63,006 nucleotides of DNA, filler included, from Octopus bimaculoides (GCF_001194135.2; 5 parts of 5 records of this genome joined end to end with filler, not necessarily neighbours in it); one strand, 5' to 3'; positions 23,080 to 35,339 are shown, numbered from the whole stretch's first letter. Made by a program: numbers and translations. Notes: generated from the letters alone by a model not told the origin.

Positions 23080-24620
23080 TTTTAAATGAAAAGCCAGTAA
23101 TATCAACAAGCAAAGTAGCTAGTTTGAACATATCTGTAAGAGATGATAGTAGTAACTATACGGTAATAACGTCGGTAGCTACGGGACAGCCATGTTGAAG
23201 TGACGATAAACATAACTTCTCATTATAGTTACTACTTTCATCTCTTACAGAGATTTTCTAACTATCTACTTTGCTTGTTGCAAGATCAGTGACTGGTTGT
23301 CACTTATTATTCTATATATTGCAAGCTGGAGCGAACTACTGCTATCTCTAGTGGACAGGTATCCACCATTGAGGACTAGCACAAATAACTCGAAATCTGG
23401 TGGTCCCGTTATCACAGGAAGGTGGTGGGGTTTCGCTCTCCTGCTTGCAATATATATCGGGTGAAGATTGCATCGATAACCAGCTGGAGGAGTTGTCATC
23501 CTGGGATTAAAAACGGTAGTAACGTCGGTTCGTACTGAACAGCCACGTTGAAGTGGCGATAAACATTACTGCTAGTAATATCCAAATTCATCTATATCAT
23601 GTAAAATAGTTATGAAAGAGATAGATTGAAAATTCTGGTATACTTTAAAGAACTTATTCTCAACAAAACGTTTTTCATAATCTTTTGTTTTGCGGAGGTT
23701 GCATGGTCTTTTGTTTCCTATGTATGATACAGCCTTAGAAATAATTTCTAAATTTAGTTATATGCTCATTGCCTTCAGTTCCTTGATACAAATGGAGGAG
23801 ATTTATAATATTACTTCCAGGGGATTTTCGAAATGTGTAAGTATGCTGGTAAAAGCAAAAATTAAAAGTATCAGCAGTGAGACTAATGTATAATTTGGTA
23901 GATTTGCAGTTTGTCTGTTAAACTTATATAATATGTCATTGGCTAAAGCCATGGAACTGTCGTTGGCTAAAGCCTTGGAACTAAAGCCTTGGATATATAG
24001 TATGTCGTTGGCTAAAGCCTTGGAACCATTATTTGAAGAAGGGTGCGTACTAATTTGGTTAAGTTTAGGCATGTTGGAGAATTCCTTATGAAGTTTTAAC
24101 GGCAATTTTACAAAAATTTCCTTCATATTTATTTTGAGGGAGGGTTTTCTTAGTAGGATTAAGAAAATTTTTGCTGTAGCGATGGATGTTGCTAAGTTGA
24201 ACGGTGGATTGACCTAGATAATGTTTCTCTTCCTATTTTTATGGTTAGCTATTGTACTTGTTGGTTCACTGTAAGATATTTCCCTCCTTAACATAGTTTC
24301 CATGTAAGGCGTCATTATAATGTTTCAAAAAGTCTTAAAAGAGATATTCGTTAATAGAAAGGTTAGACAATCTAAACGACATATTTTCTACTGAATTATT
24401 AATGATATTCTCAGGATTGCTAGACAACTTATATATGTAATTTAAATTTCATTTTGGCTTGTGGTATTGGTTGTACAAAAGGTTAGTGAGATTACTAACC
24501 TTACTGAAATGCTAACAATAAGAACGAGTATCAATAGTAATGAAAAGGCCATAATGTAGATTTTCCATATATCTTCAAGTTTTAGTTTCCTATGTATGAT
24601 ACAGCCTTAGAAATATGAAC
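23080..24620 (-). mobile_element. Penelope-like element (Naiad-like), decayed RT thumb + GIY-YIG + structured 3' region
   Basis: Minus frames: YHKPK*NLNYIYKLSSNPENIINN...RLSNLSINE; KNRKRNII*VNPPFN...KIFLILLRK; ALANDILYK...YISLTADTF..FYQHTYTFR; EIISKAVSYIGNKRPCNL. Confidence 0.75.
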
Positions 24621-24784
24621 ATAGCTCGTAATGTACAAAAGCCATCACCGCGGGAAAATCACTCTCATGTAACTTTAAAGTTACATAGTAAAAGAATTTA
24701 TAAACTTTCGAGAGAATGTGGAATGATCTTTGCTTGTTTGAAATTGGTTCTCGAAGTACATACAAAGCGATAAATAATAACATG

Positions 24785-24856
<72 letters not shown>

Positions 24857-24955
24857 AGTCTGTTTATCTGTCTGTTTATCTGTCGGTTTATCTGTCTGTC
24901 TGTCTGTCTGTCCATCCGTCCGCCTGTCTGTCTATCTGTTTGTCTGTCTGTTTAT
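24785..24955. repeat. (TCTA)n/(TCTG)n microsatellite
   Basis: Direct reading. Confidence 0.95.
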
Positions 24956-25141
24956 ATACTGGTAAAAATTAAAAAAACGGAGATTTGAGGAAACGCATTT
25001 GCAGGCAAAAGCACACACACATACGTCGAGCGCACATACATTGTACATTTATATTTGTATATATATATATGTTATTAGAGTATAATTATATATAGTTGTG
25101 AATATAAATACACGTATATACTTGGATTACAAATACACTTG

Positions 25142-25178
<37 letters not shown>

Positions 25179-25428
25179 NNNNNNNNNNNNNNNNNNNNNN
25201 NNNNNNNNNNNNNNNNNNNNNNNNNNNNNNNNNNNNNNNNNNNNNNNNNNNNNNNNNNNNNNNNNNNNNNNNNNNNNNNNNNNNNNNNNNNNNNNNNNNN
25301 NNNNNNNNNNNNNNNNNNNNNNNNNNNNNNNNNNNNNNNNNNNNNNNNNNNNNNNNNNNNNNNNNNNNNNNNNNNNNNNNNNNNNNNNNNNNNNNNNNNN
25401 NNNNNNNNNNNNNNNNNNNNNNNNNNNN

Positions 25429-25467
<39 letters not shown>

Positions 25468-25660
25468 CTGTGTTCCCCGCCACCACCACCATCGCTTGAC
25501 AACCGATGTAACTTAGCGGTTCGGAAATCGATAGAATAAGTACTAGGCTTACAAAGAATGATTTCTGGGGGGCAATTTCTTCGACTAAAACCCCTTAATG
25601 TGGTACTCCAGCATGACCGCGATCAAATGACTGAAACATATAAAAGAATAAAAGAATATG
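25429..25660 (+). mobile_element. SINE family A, 3' half (5' part in gap)
   Basis: CACCATCGCTTGACAACCGATG...TAAGTACTAGGCTTACAAAG...CCAGCATGACCGC..AAATGACTGAAAC. Confidence 0.85.
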
Positions 25661-26540
25661 TATGTATGTGTGTGTGTATGTGTGTGTGTGTGTGTGTCTG
25701 TGTGTGGTTTGTGGCATATCACTGATGATTAATGAGAAAAATCTTTACTTAAATTGATCAATGATTTAGGAGTTAAAGCTCGAATATTAATAAATCTATT
25801 AATTCTTACCTCAGTTTATACATTAACTACGAAATAATTTATGAAAAGATTTTGAGCGAATTCGTTGCGTCTGGCAGATGTATTAACTTTCTTTATACAA
25901 AATAACATAGAAATAATTTTCTTTGATATTCAACTTCCGCTAGTTAAACAGATTTATATCTAAGGATTTGCGAATAAATTTGCATTTTGTTTAAATTCAA
26001 CTGGAAAGAAAATATTTCGTTTTCGGAAAGCGAATAGTAGAGAATTCAATAAAAGTGGAAAAATATTAAATCTGGTTTAAAACAATACTAGAATGATATA
26101 TAAATAAAAATTCATCATTAGTGACGGAAACAGTGTTAGTTCAAAATAGCTATGTATGCATCATAATCAAACCAGCTGTACTGTTGAAAGCCTGAAAACT
26201 GCGGTATTCGTCTTGAGAAAACATCTCTTATAGACGTACAGTATAAAAAAACTACAAAGATATATTGGTAAGCCAGTTGTTTAATTGCAATATCAGTGGT
26301 TTCTCTACGGGTTTTCTATATCAGTAGACGCTAAATCTTAGCATGCAGTTCCTTGTGGGTACTTGTGGACGCTTAAAGAAAAACGTGGTTAACACCACTA
26401 CTTCCGCTGCTGCAGGACTTTCGTCTACTGCTGTTGCTGTTAGTTTTCTGTGTTTTTAACGTTATAAGTTAATAAGAGATGCCTTGTTTAGATGAATACC
26501 GCGCTTTTTAAGGTTTCAACAGTGTATCTGCTTTAAGTAT

Positions 26541-26597
<57 letters not shown>

Positions 26598-27091
26598 AAA
26601 ACGGAAAGAAGAGATACTTGAAAATAAATCCAGTGTCGTCAAAATAAGCTTGTTATATATTCTATACGTTTTTCATTTTTCTAAACGTCAGAAGCCTATA
26701 AAGTATAATCATGTATTTTGTAGCTGCACTGTGATGTAAATAAATAACGGGGATACAGAGAAACATTCGAAGCATCAAGAACTCAAATATATTTAATTTA
26801 CTTCGTAAAAACCTAAAAATAAAAAAAATGAAATTGGCACATTAAAAATGGAATTTAGAATCCACTTACAGAAATAACCTGTTATAGAAATTATAGAAAT
26901 AGATATTTATAATGTAAATGTTTCTTTAGCGAAAATCGTTAGCACCAAAACTAAATGAAAATGCGATTTAGTGCACTGGCGTAATGATACATACACACAC
27001 ATATATACATAGATTTATGTGTGTGTGCATATATTTATACATACACACACATACACGCACATATATACACATACATACACACGTAGATATG

Positions 27092-27250
27092 TATGCGTGG
27101 CTGTGTGGTAAGATGTTGCTTCCCAACCATATGACTCTTGGTTCAGTTCCACTTCGTAGCACATTGGACAAGCGTCTTCTACTATAGCCTCGGGCCAACC
27201 AAACTGAGTGGATTTGGTGGACAGAAACCGAAAGAAACCCGTCGTATATA
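27092..27250 (+). mobile_element. SINE family A, 5' half
   Basis: GCGTGGCTGTGTGGTAAG...GGTTCAGTTCC...GGATTTGG..ACAGAAACCGAAAGAAACCCGTCG. Confidence 0.85.
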
Positions 27251-27254
27251 TACG

Positions 27255-27517
27255 TTTCTACTCTAGGAACAAGGCCCGAAATTTTTAGGGAGCGGGGCTA
27301 GTACACAACTGGTACTTAATTTATCAACCCCGAAAGGATGAAAGGCAATGTAGACCTCAGCGGAATTTGAACTGAGAACGTAAAGGCAGACGAAATACCC
27401 ATTTCTTTACTGCCCACAAGGGGCTACACACAGAGGGGACAAACAAGGACAGACAAACGGATTAAGTCGATTTTATCGACCCCAGTGCGTAACTGGTACT
27501 TAATTTATCGACCCCGA
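27255..27517 (-). mobile_element. SINE family B composite (two bodies)
   Basis: CAAGGCCCGAAATTT tail, two AACTGGTACTTAATTTATC.ACCCCGAA segments and the CCCACAAGGGGCT...GGACAAACAAGGACAGAC alternative tail. Confidence 0.8.
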
Positions 27518-28344
27518 ANNNNNNNNNNNNNNNNNNNNNNNNNNNNNNNNNNNNNNNNNNNNNNNNNNNNNNNNNNNNNNNNNNNNNNNNNNNNNNNNNN
27601 NNNNNNNNNNNNNNNNNNNNNNNNNNNNNNNNNNNNNNNNNNNNNNNNNNNNNNNNNNNNNNNNNNNNNNNNNNNNNNNNNNNNNNNNNNNNNNNNNNNN
27701 NNNNNNNNNNNNNNNNNNNNNNNNNNNNNNNNNNNNNNNNNNNNNNNNNNNNNNNNNNNNNNNNNNNNNNNNNNNNNNNNNNNNNNNNNNNNNNNNNNNN
27801 NNNNNNNNNNNNNNNNNNNNNNNNNNNNNNNNNNNNNNNNNNNNNNNNNNNNNNNNNNNNNNNNNNNNNNNNNNNNNNNNNNNNNNNNNNNNNNNNNNNN
27901 NNNNNNNNNNNNNNNNNNNNNNNNNNNNNNNNNNNNNNNNNNNNNNNNNNNNNNNNNNNNNNNNNNNNNNNNNNNNNNNNNNNNNNNNNNNNNNNNNNNN
28001 NNNNNNNNNNNNNNNNNNNNNNNNNNNNNNNNNNNNNNNNNNNNNNNNNNNNNNNNNNNNNNNNNNNNNNNNNNNNNNNNNNNNNNNNNNNNNNNNNNNN
28101 NNNNNNNNNNNNNNNNNNNNNNNNNNNNNNNNNNNNNNNNNNNNNNNNNNNNNNNNNNNNNNNNNNNNNNNNNNNNNNNNNNNNNNNNNNNNNNNNNNNN
28201 NNNNNNNNNNNNNNNNNNNNNNNNNNNNNNNNNNNNNNNNNNNNNNNNNNNNNNNNNNNNNNNNNNNNNNNNNNNNNNNNNNNNNNNNNNNNNNNNNNNN
28301 NNNNNNNNNNNNNNNNNNNNNNNNNNNNNNNNNNNNNNNNNNNN

Positions 28345-30655
28345 GTGGGATGGGGGATATGGGGGTGGGGATGTGGGGTTAGGGTAGTGTGTGTGTGTGT
28401 GTGGAAGTGGTATAAATGAAGAGGGGGTGAGTAGGAGAGAAGAGAGGAAGTAGGTGTCAGATGAAGAAAGGAGAGGAGACGTAGGTAGGAATGAAGCGAG
28501 GAAGTAGGTGTCAGATGAAGGGAGGAGAGGAGAGGTGTGTAGGAGTGAAGAGAGAAACTAGGTATCAGATGAAAAGAGGAGAGGAGGGGAGTTGAGCCCA
28601 TGTCGCACACAGAGAGAAGATTAATCCCTGTTCACGGTGAAGGCGAGAGTCCGGATGACCCTTGTGTTAAGACAGTTCGAACACAGACAGGTGTTGTAGT
28701 GAATGACCGGTAGAGCAGAAATGGCGCGAGACCGGAGTGCTATTGCCGAGTCTGATGTCTTGAAGGTACTCCAAGCGGCGCCTCGTTTGACCTATGTACA
28801 TAGAAGGGCAGAAAGAGCAGGCGATGCAGTAAATGACGTTGCTAGAAGTGCAGGTAAAGGAGTCGGTGATATGATAGGGACGATGATGAGTGCCTGTGAG
28901 CTTAGTGGTGTTGGAGAGGTAGGGGCAAGTGCGGAAGCGTGGGCGGGAGCAGAGGAACGAGACAAGCTTGGAGGTGGGGTTAGGGAAGAAACTGTGGACC
29001 TGGTGGTCACGCAGGTTGTGGGCTCATTTGAAGGAGGGAAGGAGTAGGTTGGGGAAGATGTGCGAGNNNNNNNNNNNNNNNNNNNNNNNNNNNNNNNNNN
29101 NNNNNNNNNNNNNNNNNNNNNNNNNNNNNNNNNNNNNNNNNNNNNNNNNNNNNNNNNNNNNNNNNNNNNNNNNNNNNNNNNNNNNNNNNNNNNNNNNNNN
29201 NNNNNNNNNNNNNNNNNNNNNNNNNNNNNNNNNNNNNNNNNNNNNNNNNNNNNNNNNNNNNNNNNNNNNNNNNNNNNNNNNNNNNNNNNNNNNNNNNNNN
29301 NNNNNNNNNNNNNNNNNNNNNNNNNNNNNNNNNNNNNNNNNNNNNNNNNNNNNNNNNNNNNNNNNNNNNNNNNNNNNNNNNNNNNNNNNNNNNNNNNNNN
29401 NNNNNNNNNNNNNNNNNNNNNNNNNNNNNNNNNNNNNNNNNNNNNNNNNNNNNNNNNNNNNNNNNNNNNNNNNNNNNNNNNNNNNNNNNNNNNNNNNNNN
29501 NNNNNNNNNNNNNNNNNNNNNNNNNNNNNNNNNNNNNNNNNNNNNNNNNNNNNNNNNNNNNNNNNNNNNNNNNNNNNNNNNNNNNNNNNNNNNNNNNNNN
29601 NNNNNNNNNNNNNNNNNNNNNNNNNNNNNNNNNNNNNNNNNNNNNNNNNNNNNNNNNNNNNNNNNNNNNNNNNNNNNNNNNNNNNNNNNNNNNNNNNNNN
29701 NNNNNNNNNNNNNNNNNNNNNNNNNNNNNNNNNNNNNNNNNNNNNNNNNNNNNNNNNNNNNNNNNNNNNNNNNNNNNNNNNNNNNNNNNNNNNNNNTGTC
29801 TTGAAGGTACTCCAAGCGGCGCCTCGTTTGACCTATGTACATAGAAGGGCAGAAAGAGCAGGCGATGCAGTAAATGACGTTGCTAGAAGTGCAGGTAAAG
29901 GAGTCGGTGATATGATAGGGACGATGATGAGTGCCTGTGAGCTTAGTGGTGTTGGAGAGGTAGGGGCAAGTGCGGAAGCGTGGGCGGGAGCAGAGGAACG
30001 AGACAAGCTTGGAGGTGGGGTTAGGGAAGAAACTGTGGACCTGGTGGTCACGCAGGTTGTGGGCTCATTTGAAGGAGGGAAGGAGTAGGTTGGGGAAGAT
30101 GTGCGAGTTGGAGGGATCGGACTGGAGTTGCCGGAAGGCTCGGAGAATGGTACGCTGGAGGGGCAGTGTGGAGGGGTGGTAGGTGAGGGGAAATTGGAGA
30201 CGGGTAACGGCGGGGCGGGTGTGGGAGAGGGAGCAGGGTAGGTCAACGGAACATGCCCTGGCAAGTGGTGTGCGGATAGTGGTGAGGTGATATCCACGAA
30301 GGATGAAGTGGCGAGCTATGAGTTGAGACTGAGTCTCAAAGTCATGGTTGTCACTGCAGAGCCAGCACAGACGGAGTAATTGGGGGTAGGGGATGGAGAG
30401 CTTGGTGTGGGCAGGGTGGGAGGAGGACAATTTAAGGTAGGAGTGTGAGTCGGTGTGTTTGTAGTGGATGGAAGTAGTGAGAGCGGACTGGTGTATGTTG
30501 ACAGAAATGACGAGAAATATGACGAAAGTGTTGGAAATAGTGCAGGAGAATTCGAGGGTAGGATAGAAGAATTGGACAAAAGAGAGGAAGGAGTCTAGTT
30601 GTTCGCGGGAGAGCGAGGTCACACCGATACAGTCATCAATATAAAAGGTTCGCAT
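28345..30655 (-). mobile_element. Penelope-like element (Neptune-like): RT C-terminal half, zinc-finger linker, GIY-YIG, 3' UTR
   Basis: ORF 30065-30655 YIDDCIG...YKHTDSHSYL..SSHP..KLSIPYPQLLRL; then FTCTSSNVIYCIACSFCPSMYIGQTRRRL; PVSRHFCSTGH...REQGLIFSL. Confidence 0.9.
28405..28590. repeat. 54-bp purine-rich minisatellite, ~3.5 copies
   Basis: TAGGT(G/A)TCAGATGAA anchors at 28451, 28505 and 28559. Confidence 0.8.
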
Positions 30656-31645
30656 AGATTATATATATAAACATAGATTCTATATATAAATATATAAATA
30701 TATAAATATTTTAGGTGTATGTATAAATGTTTACGTATGTATTTATATAGGTTTAAGTATATATATATGTGTTTGTCCACAGCTAGCCACTCACACTTTT
30801 CTCTGCAAAATAGGGATAGTTTATCCTGTTCAGGCTATATTATTAGCATTATTCTGCGATTGAGAATTTAAAATCACTTCTTTAACTTTCTAAAAGACAT
30901 CTCAACGCTTCTAAAAGCAAACTTCGTTTGTTTATTTACGTTTGTCGTAATTTGAATTTAACATATGTGTTTGTGTTTATATATGTTTGTGTTTATATAT
31001 GTTTGTGTATGTTGAGTGTATATTTGTATTTACATGTATGTATAAATATATGTATTTGTGTGTATAGATGTATATTTATATATATCGTGTGTGTGAGTGA
31101 GTGTGTGAGTGTGGTTTTNNNNNNNNNNNNNNNNNNNNNNNNNNNNNNNNNNNNNNNNNNNNNNNNNNNNNNNNNNNNNNNNNNNNNNNNNNNNNNNNNN
31201 NNNNNNNNNNNNNNNNNNNNNNNNNNNNNNNNNNNNNNNNNNNNNNNNNNNNNNNNNNNNNNNNNNNNNNNNNNNNNNNNNNNNNNNNNNNNNNNNNNNN
31301 NNNNNNNNNNNNNNNNNNNNNNNNNNNNNNNNNNNNNNNNNNNNNNNNNNNNNNNNNNNNNNNNNNNNNNNNNNNNNNNNNNNNNNNNNNNNNNNNNNNN
31401 NNNNNNNNNNNNNNNNNNNNNNNNNNNNNNNNNNNNNNNNNNNNNNNNNNNNNNNNNNNNNNNNNNNNNNNNNNNNNNNNNNNNNNNNNNNNNNNNNNNN
31501 NNNNNNNNNNNNNNNNNNNNNNNNNNNNNNNNNNNNNNNNNNNNNNNNNNNNNNNNNNNNNNNNNNNNNNNNNNNNNNNNNNNNNNNNNNNNNNNNNNNN
31601 NNNNNNNNNNNNNNNNNNNNNNNNNNNNNNNNNNNNNNNNNNNNN

Positions 31646-31680
<35 letters not shown>

Positions 31681-33205
31681 GAATGTATGTGTGTATATGT
31701 ATGTATATTTATGTTTATGTATGTACTTATGTGTATGTGTATCTATATAACATGTATATATTTGGGAGTGTGTGAGGGTGAGTGGGTGTGTGTATTTGTA
31801 TATACTATTCCTTCTTTATATATATGAGTGTATGAGTGTATTTGTATATATATGTATGTTTATATAGGTACATGTGTGTATGTGTATATATATGTTTATG
31901 TATATATATATGTAAGTGTGTGTGTTTTAGTCTATATGTGTATGTACGTATTAATTTATGTATATATATGTATTAATTTATGTATATTCTTGTGTATATT
32001 TGTATGTATATATATGTTTATGTTTTATATATATGTATGTATATTTGTATATGTTTGTAAGTATATATATATATAGATATATATATATATATATGTATGT
32101 ATGTATGACGGAGTGTGTGGTGTGTATTTGTTTATAATATTTCTTCTTTACTTATTCTAGTAATTATATTTTATTTTTATTGGTAGGTTAATATTTTAGT
32201 GAGTTTAAGGATTTATATTGTAATGACACTACGATTTTTATAAAGATTAAATCAATAGTAGTATTTTAGCTTATTTCATAATATTATTTAATTTACGACT
32301 CTTAGTCTTATTATTAATTTAGTATATATTAGAATTTAAAATTCATTAATATGTCTTATAAGATATCTATGGTTTTTTTATGTTGTTAGTTATATAAAGT
32401 TTAAATCTTTCATTCATTATTTTAAGTATTTTTCTTTCATTCATGTTTTCATATTCTATTCTCTATTTTAACGTAGTATTTTCGCGCGACCTCTTGCTAA
32501 AACACGCTATAGGTATTAGTTAACGTCTAAGTTTCAGTTTGAATTACGGAAAAATATGGATAAGTTCTGTTTTTACTTTGCTAAATGATTTTCTACTATT
32601 TGAAAATAATATGTATTCTTGTTTTGTATATTATTCATTTGGTTTTTTTAAAGATTATTTTTAATAGATAACTTATTTAACACTAAATTATTTAGAAGTT
32701 AGAGTATCATTTTAACATAATATAAGACTTCGACTTGAATAGGTTTGATATATTTTCGATTATTTTTGATTAATAATATTTGATTAATAATTAGTCTTTA
32801 TTGTTTATAATATCGTTAAAGGTTTTTTTGTTAAAACTTAGGCGATATAAAGTTTAATCTTTCATTCATAATAATTTTTTCATTCATAATTTTTTCATTC
32901 ATATTTTTATTTTTATTTCTACGTTTGTAGAAATAAGTATTCTTGTATTTTACTATTTTTCAATTGATTTTTAATGATATTTAAATAAACGTTTTTAGTT
33001 TTAAATAGTCTAGCTTTAACTATTATATCGGTTAAATATGTACTAATATTATCTTTATTATTATTTAAACCTTAAACTTTGTTCAAATTGTATTTAAAAC
33101 GATAATAATTTATGTAAGCTGGTTTTTGTATATAATATACATGTTAGTATATATTATAATGGATGTAGTGATGATTATGGAATGTTTATTATTTTGNNNN
33201 NNNNN

Positions 33206-33921
33206 NTCGGAATCTCCTGCAACTCTCCTTGTTTAAGTTGGTGAATGCTGCCATAAAATCTTGCCTCCAGTTCATCTTTGGTGTTACAAGGAGTTTTGTT
33301 GGTCTCTCGTTCAACTGCGTCCCACCCATAATAATCAAGGGGATTGCAGTCTGAGGATTGCAGTCTAGGTGACTAGATATCAGGGGTGATATGGTTGCAG
33401 AAACTGTCTGACAGCCATGACTGGGTTCTCCTGCTTGTGCGGCATGATGCAGAGTCCTGTTGCCAGACATAGGGTGTTTCAGCAGTCACCCTCTTGACCC
33501 AGGGTAGCACTACCTTCTCCAGGCACTTGATGTAGGCCTCCGTATTGAGTCTGAGGCCGTGTAGGAAGATAAATGGAGGCATAACGTCGCCATCACTAGT
33601 GATCATTCCAAATATCACATCATGATGTTGACTGGATGTTTGATTTTCATCACTCTCGGTACATGTCCTCAGATTGCACTGTCCTCAGATTGACACCTAA
33701 ACACTCCATAAAGTTCGTAATGGAGCTGCCGGCGCGAACGCCAAGCTGTACAACATGTCGTTTCCAAATTTCAGCCACAGTGTATTGTGTCATGGTGTTG
33801 GTTCTCTCACAGATGGAGCACAACTGACCCTACTATACTGAGTAGCCGACAAAATCAAAAACAAACATTGCGCATGCGCGAAATTAAGAATATAAGATGG
33901 CAAAAATTTACCCCTCGCACC

Positions 33922-33926
<5 letters not shown>
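33206..33926 (-). mobile_element. Tc1/mariner transposon, DD37D (maT)-like, internally deleted
   Basis: 5' end TA-CAGGGTGCGAGGGG at 33926; N-terminus MTQYTVAEIWKRHVV...LGVNLRTVQ; catalytic region FGMITSDG...YVWQQDSASC...DCNPLDYY (39 residues between the last two D in this copy because of a short duplication). Confidence 0.85.
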
Positions 33927-33971
<45 letters not shown>

Positions 33972-34124
33972 NNNNNNNNNNNNNNNNNNNNNNNNNNNNN
34001 NNNNNNNNNNNNNNNNNNNNNNNNNNNNNNNNNNNNNNNNNNNNNNNNNNNNNNNNNNNNNNNNNNNNNNTATATATATACATGTATATATATATATGCA
34101 CACACACACACACACATACATTCA

Positions 34125-34169
<45 letters not shown>

Positions 34170-34499
34170 GTCTGTCTATCGCTCTCTCTCTCTATCTATC
34201 TATGTCTCCATCTCTCTATATATACAGAGACATATCTGCATCTATATCCACGCACACACGCACGCAGATACACACACACATACACACACGTATTTATCAT
34301 ATATATCTTCTCTTCATAACAGACTGTTTCCATTGTTTCTGTAAACCACTGGTTTCTAAAACATAGTGGATATACATAAAAAGTAGCACCCGCCTATGAC
34401 TTCAGTCTTACTAACAAAGGCATGACATGGTCATTTACGTATATGAACATCTCATTGCTTATTTATGTAAGCTGGTTTCAAATTCTATACATACGTACA

Positions 34500-35100
34500 T
34501 GCATACATACATGCGTACATATCACATCAAACAGAATCCAAAGATACAGGTAGTGGTGTAATTTACTATGATTTTCTTATTCGCAAAATTCGAGAAAAAG
34601 AGTATAGGAAAATTGCCACGGGGAGTGGAATATTTAACGTTTCGGATAAAGTCCTTCAGCGTAAAGTTGAAAATTAGAGAAAAACAGCAGGTTTTTACAT
34701 CCTCTGTGTTTGAGAAGTGGCAATAGATGAGGATAGGAAGACAATAGATAAAGAAAGGAAGACAAGGCATATGTAGACAGGAAGTAATGGGAAAGAGAAA
34801 CTTGGTGAGAGGGGAGAAGGAAAGAAAAATGGAAGCGGATGGGGTGAGGTGAGATGAAAATATTGATGCGAGTTGGAAGCTGAAGAATAGAATTACTAAG
34901 CTAAGAGGATGTGTTGCAACTGAAGTAAAGTAACGTTCGTTGAAATCCATCGGTCACATGGTTCCGAATACGAAATGCTGTTCCTTCCATTTCCTTGAGT
35001 ATCTGGGTCCATAGTGTGTGGAGATGTCACACACTACTAAGTGGATAATGAAATGGCCCCTGGTGTTGAAGTGGGTGGCAACAGGTTGGCCAATATACAT
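34500..35100 (-). mobile_element. Neptune-like PLE 3' end (GIY-YIG C-terminus + pseudo-LTR)
   Basis: YIGQ..PVATHFNTRGH...RKWKEQHFVFGTM*PMDFNER parallels 28590-28800; purine-rich antisense UTR; hammerhead-like motif at 34632-34666. Confidence 0.75.
34632..34666 (-). ncRNA. Hammerhead-like motif with non-canonical core
   Basis: Reverse complement CTTT-ACGCTGA-A-GGA-CTTTA-TCC-GAAA-CGTT-AAAT. Confidence 0.5.
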
Positions 35101-35339
35101 ACATATATACATACATATTCTTTTATTCGTTTCAGCCATGCAGCTGCGGTTATGCCGGAACACCACTGTGCATAAATACATATATACATATATACACGCA
35201 TAATACATGTGCAAACGTATAATTCAATCAATCAATCAAGCAATCACTCAATTATTCTGTCTGTCTGTCTTGGAGTATATTTCCAAAACTTAAAATAATT
35301 TTCTTCGCTTTCCATGCCATATTTCTAATCAAATATAGC

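Noticed and set aside
23514-23575. Resemblance of AACA-GCCAC-loop-GTGGC...ACATTAC to hairpin-ribozyme loop B / helix 4
   Set aside because: The AGAAACA and GUAUAUUAC strands are only partly matched, helix 3 and loop A could not be built, and the 23161 copy fits worse. Kept only as an unassigned motif.
28756-30107. Identical 311-bp direct repeat (28756-29066 and 29797-30107), which could look like a PLE tandem or LTR pair
   Set aside because: The copies end exactly at the two edges of an N gap and look identical, so this is most likely an unmerged contig overlap. Long reads would settle it.
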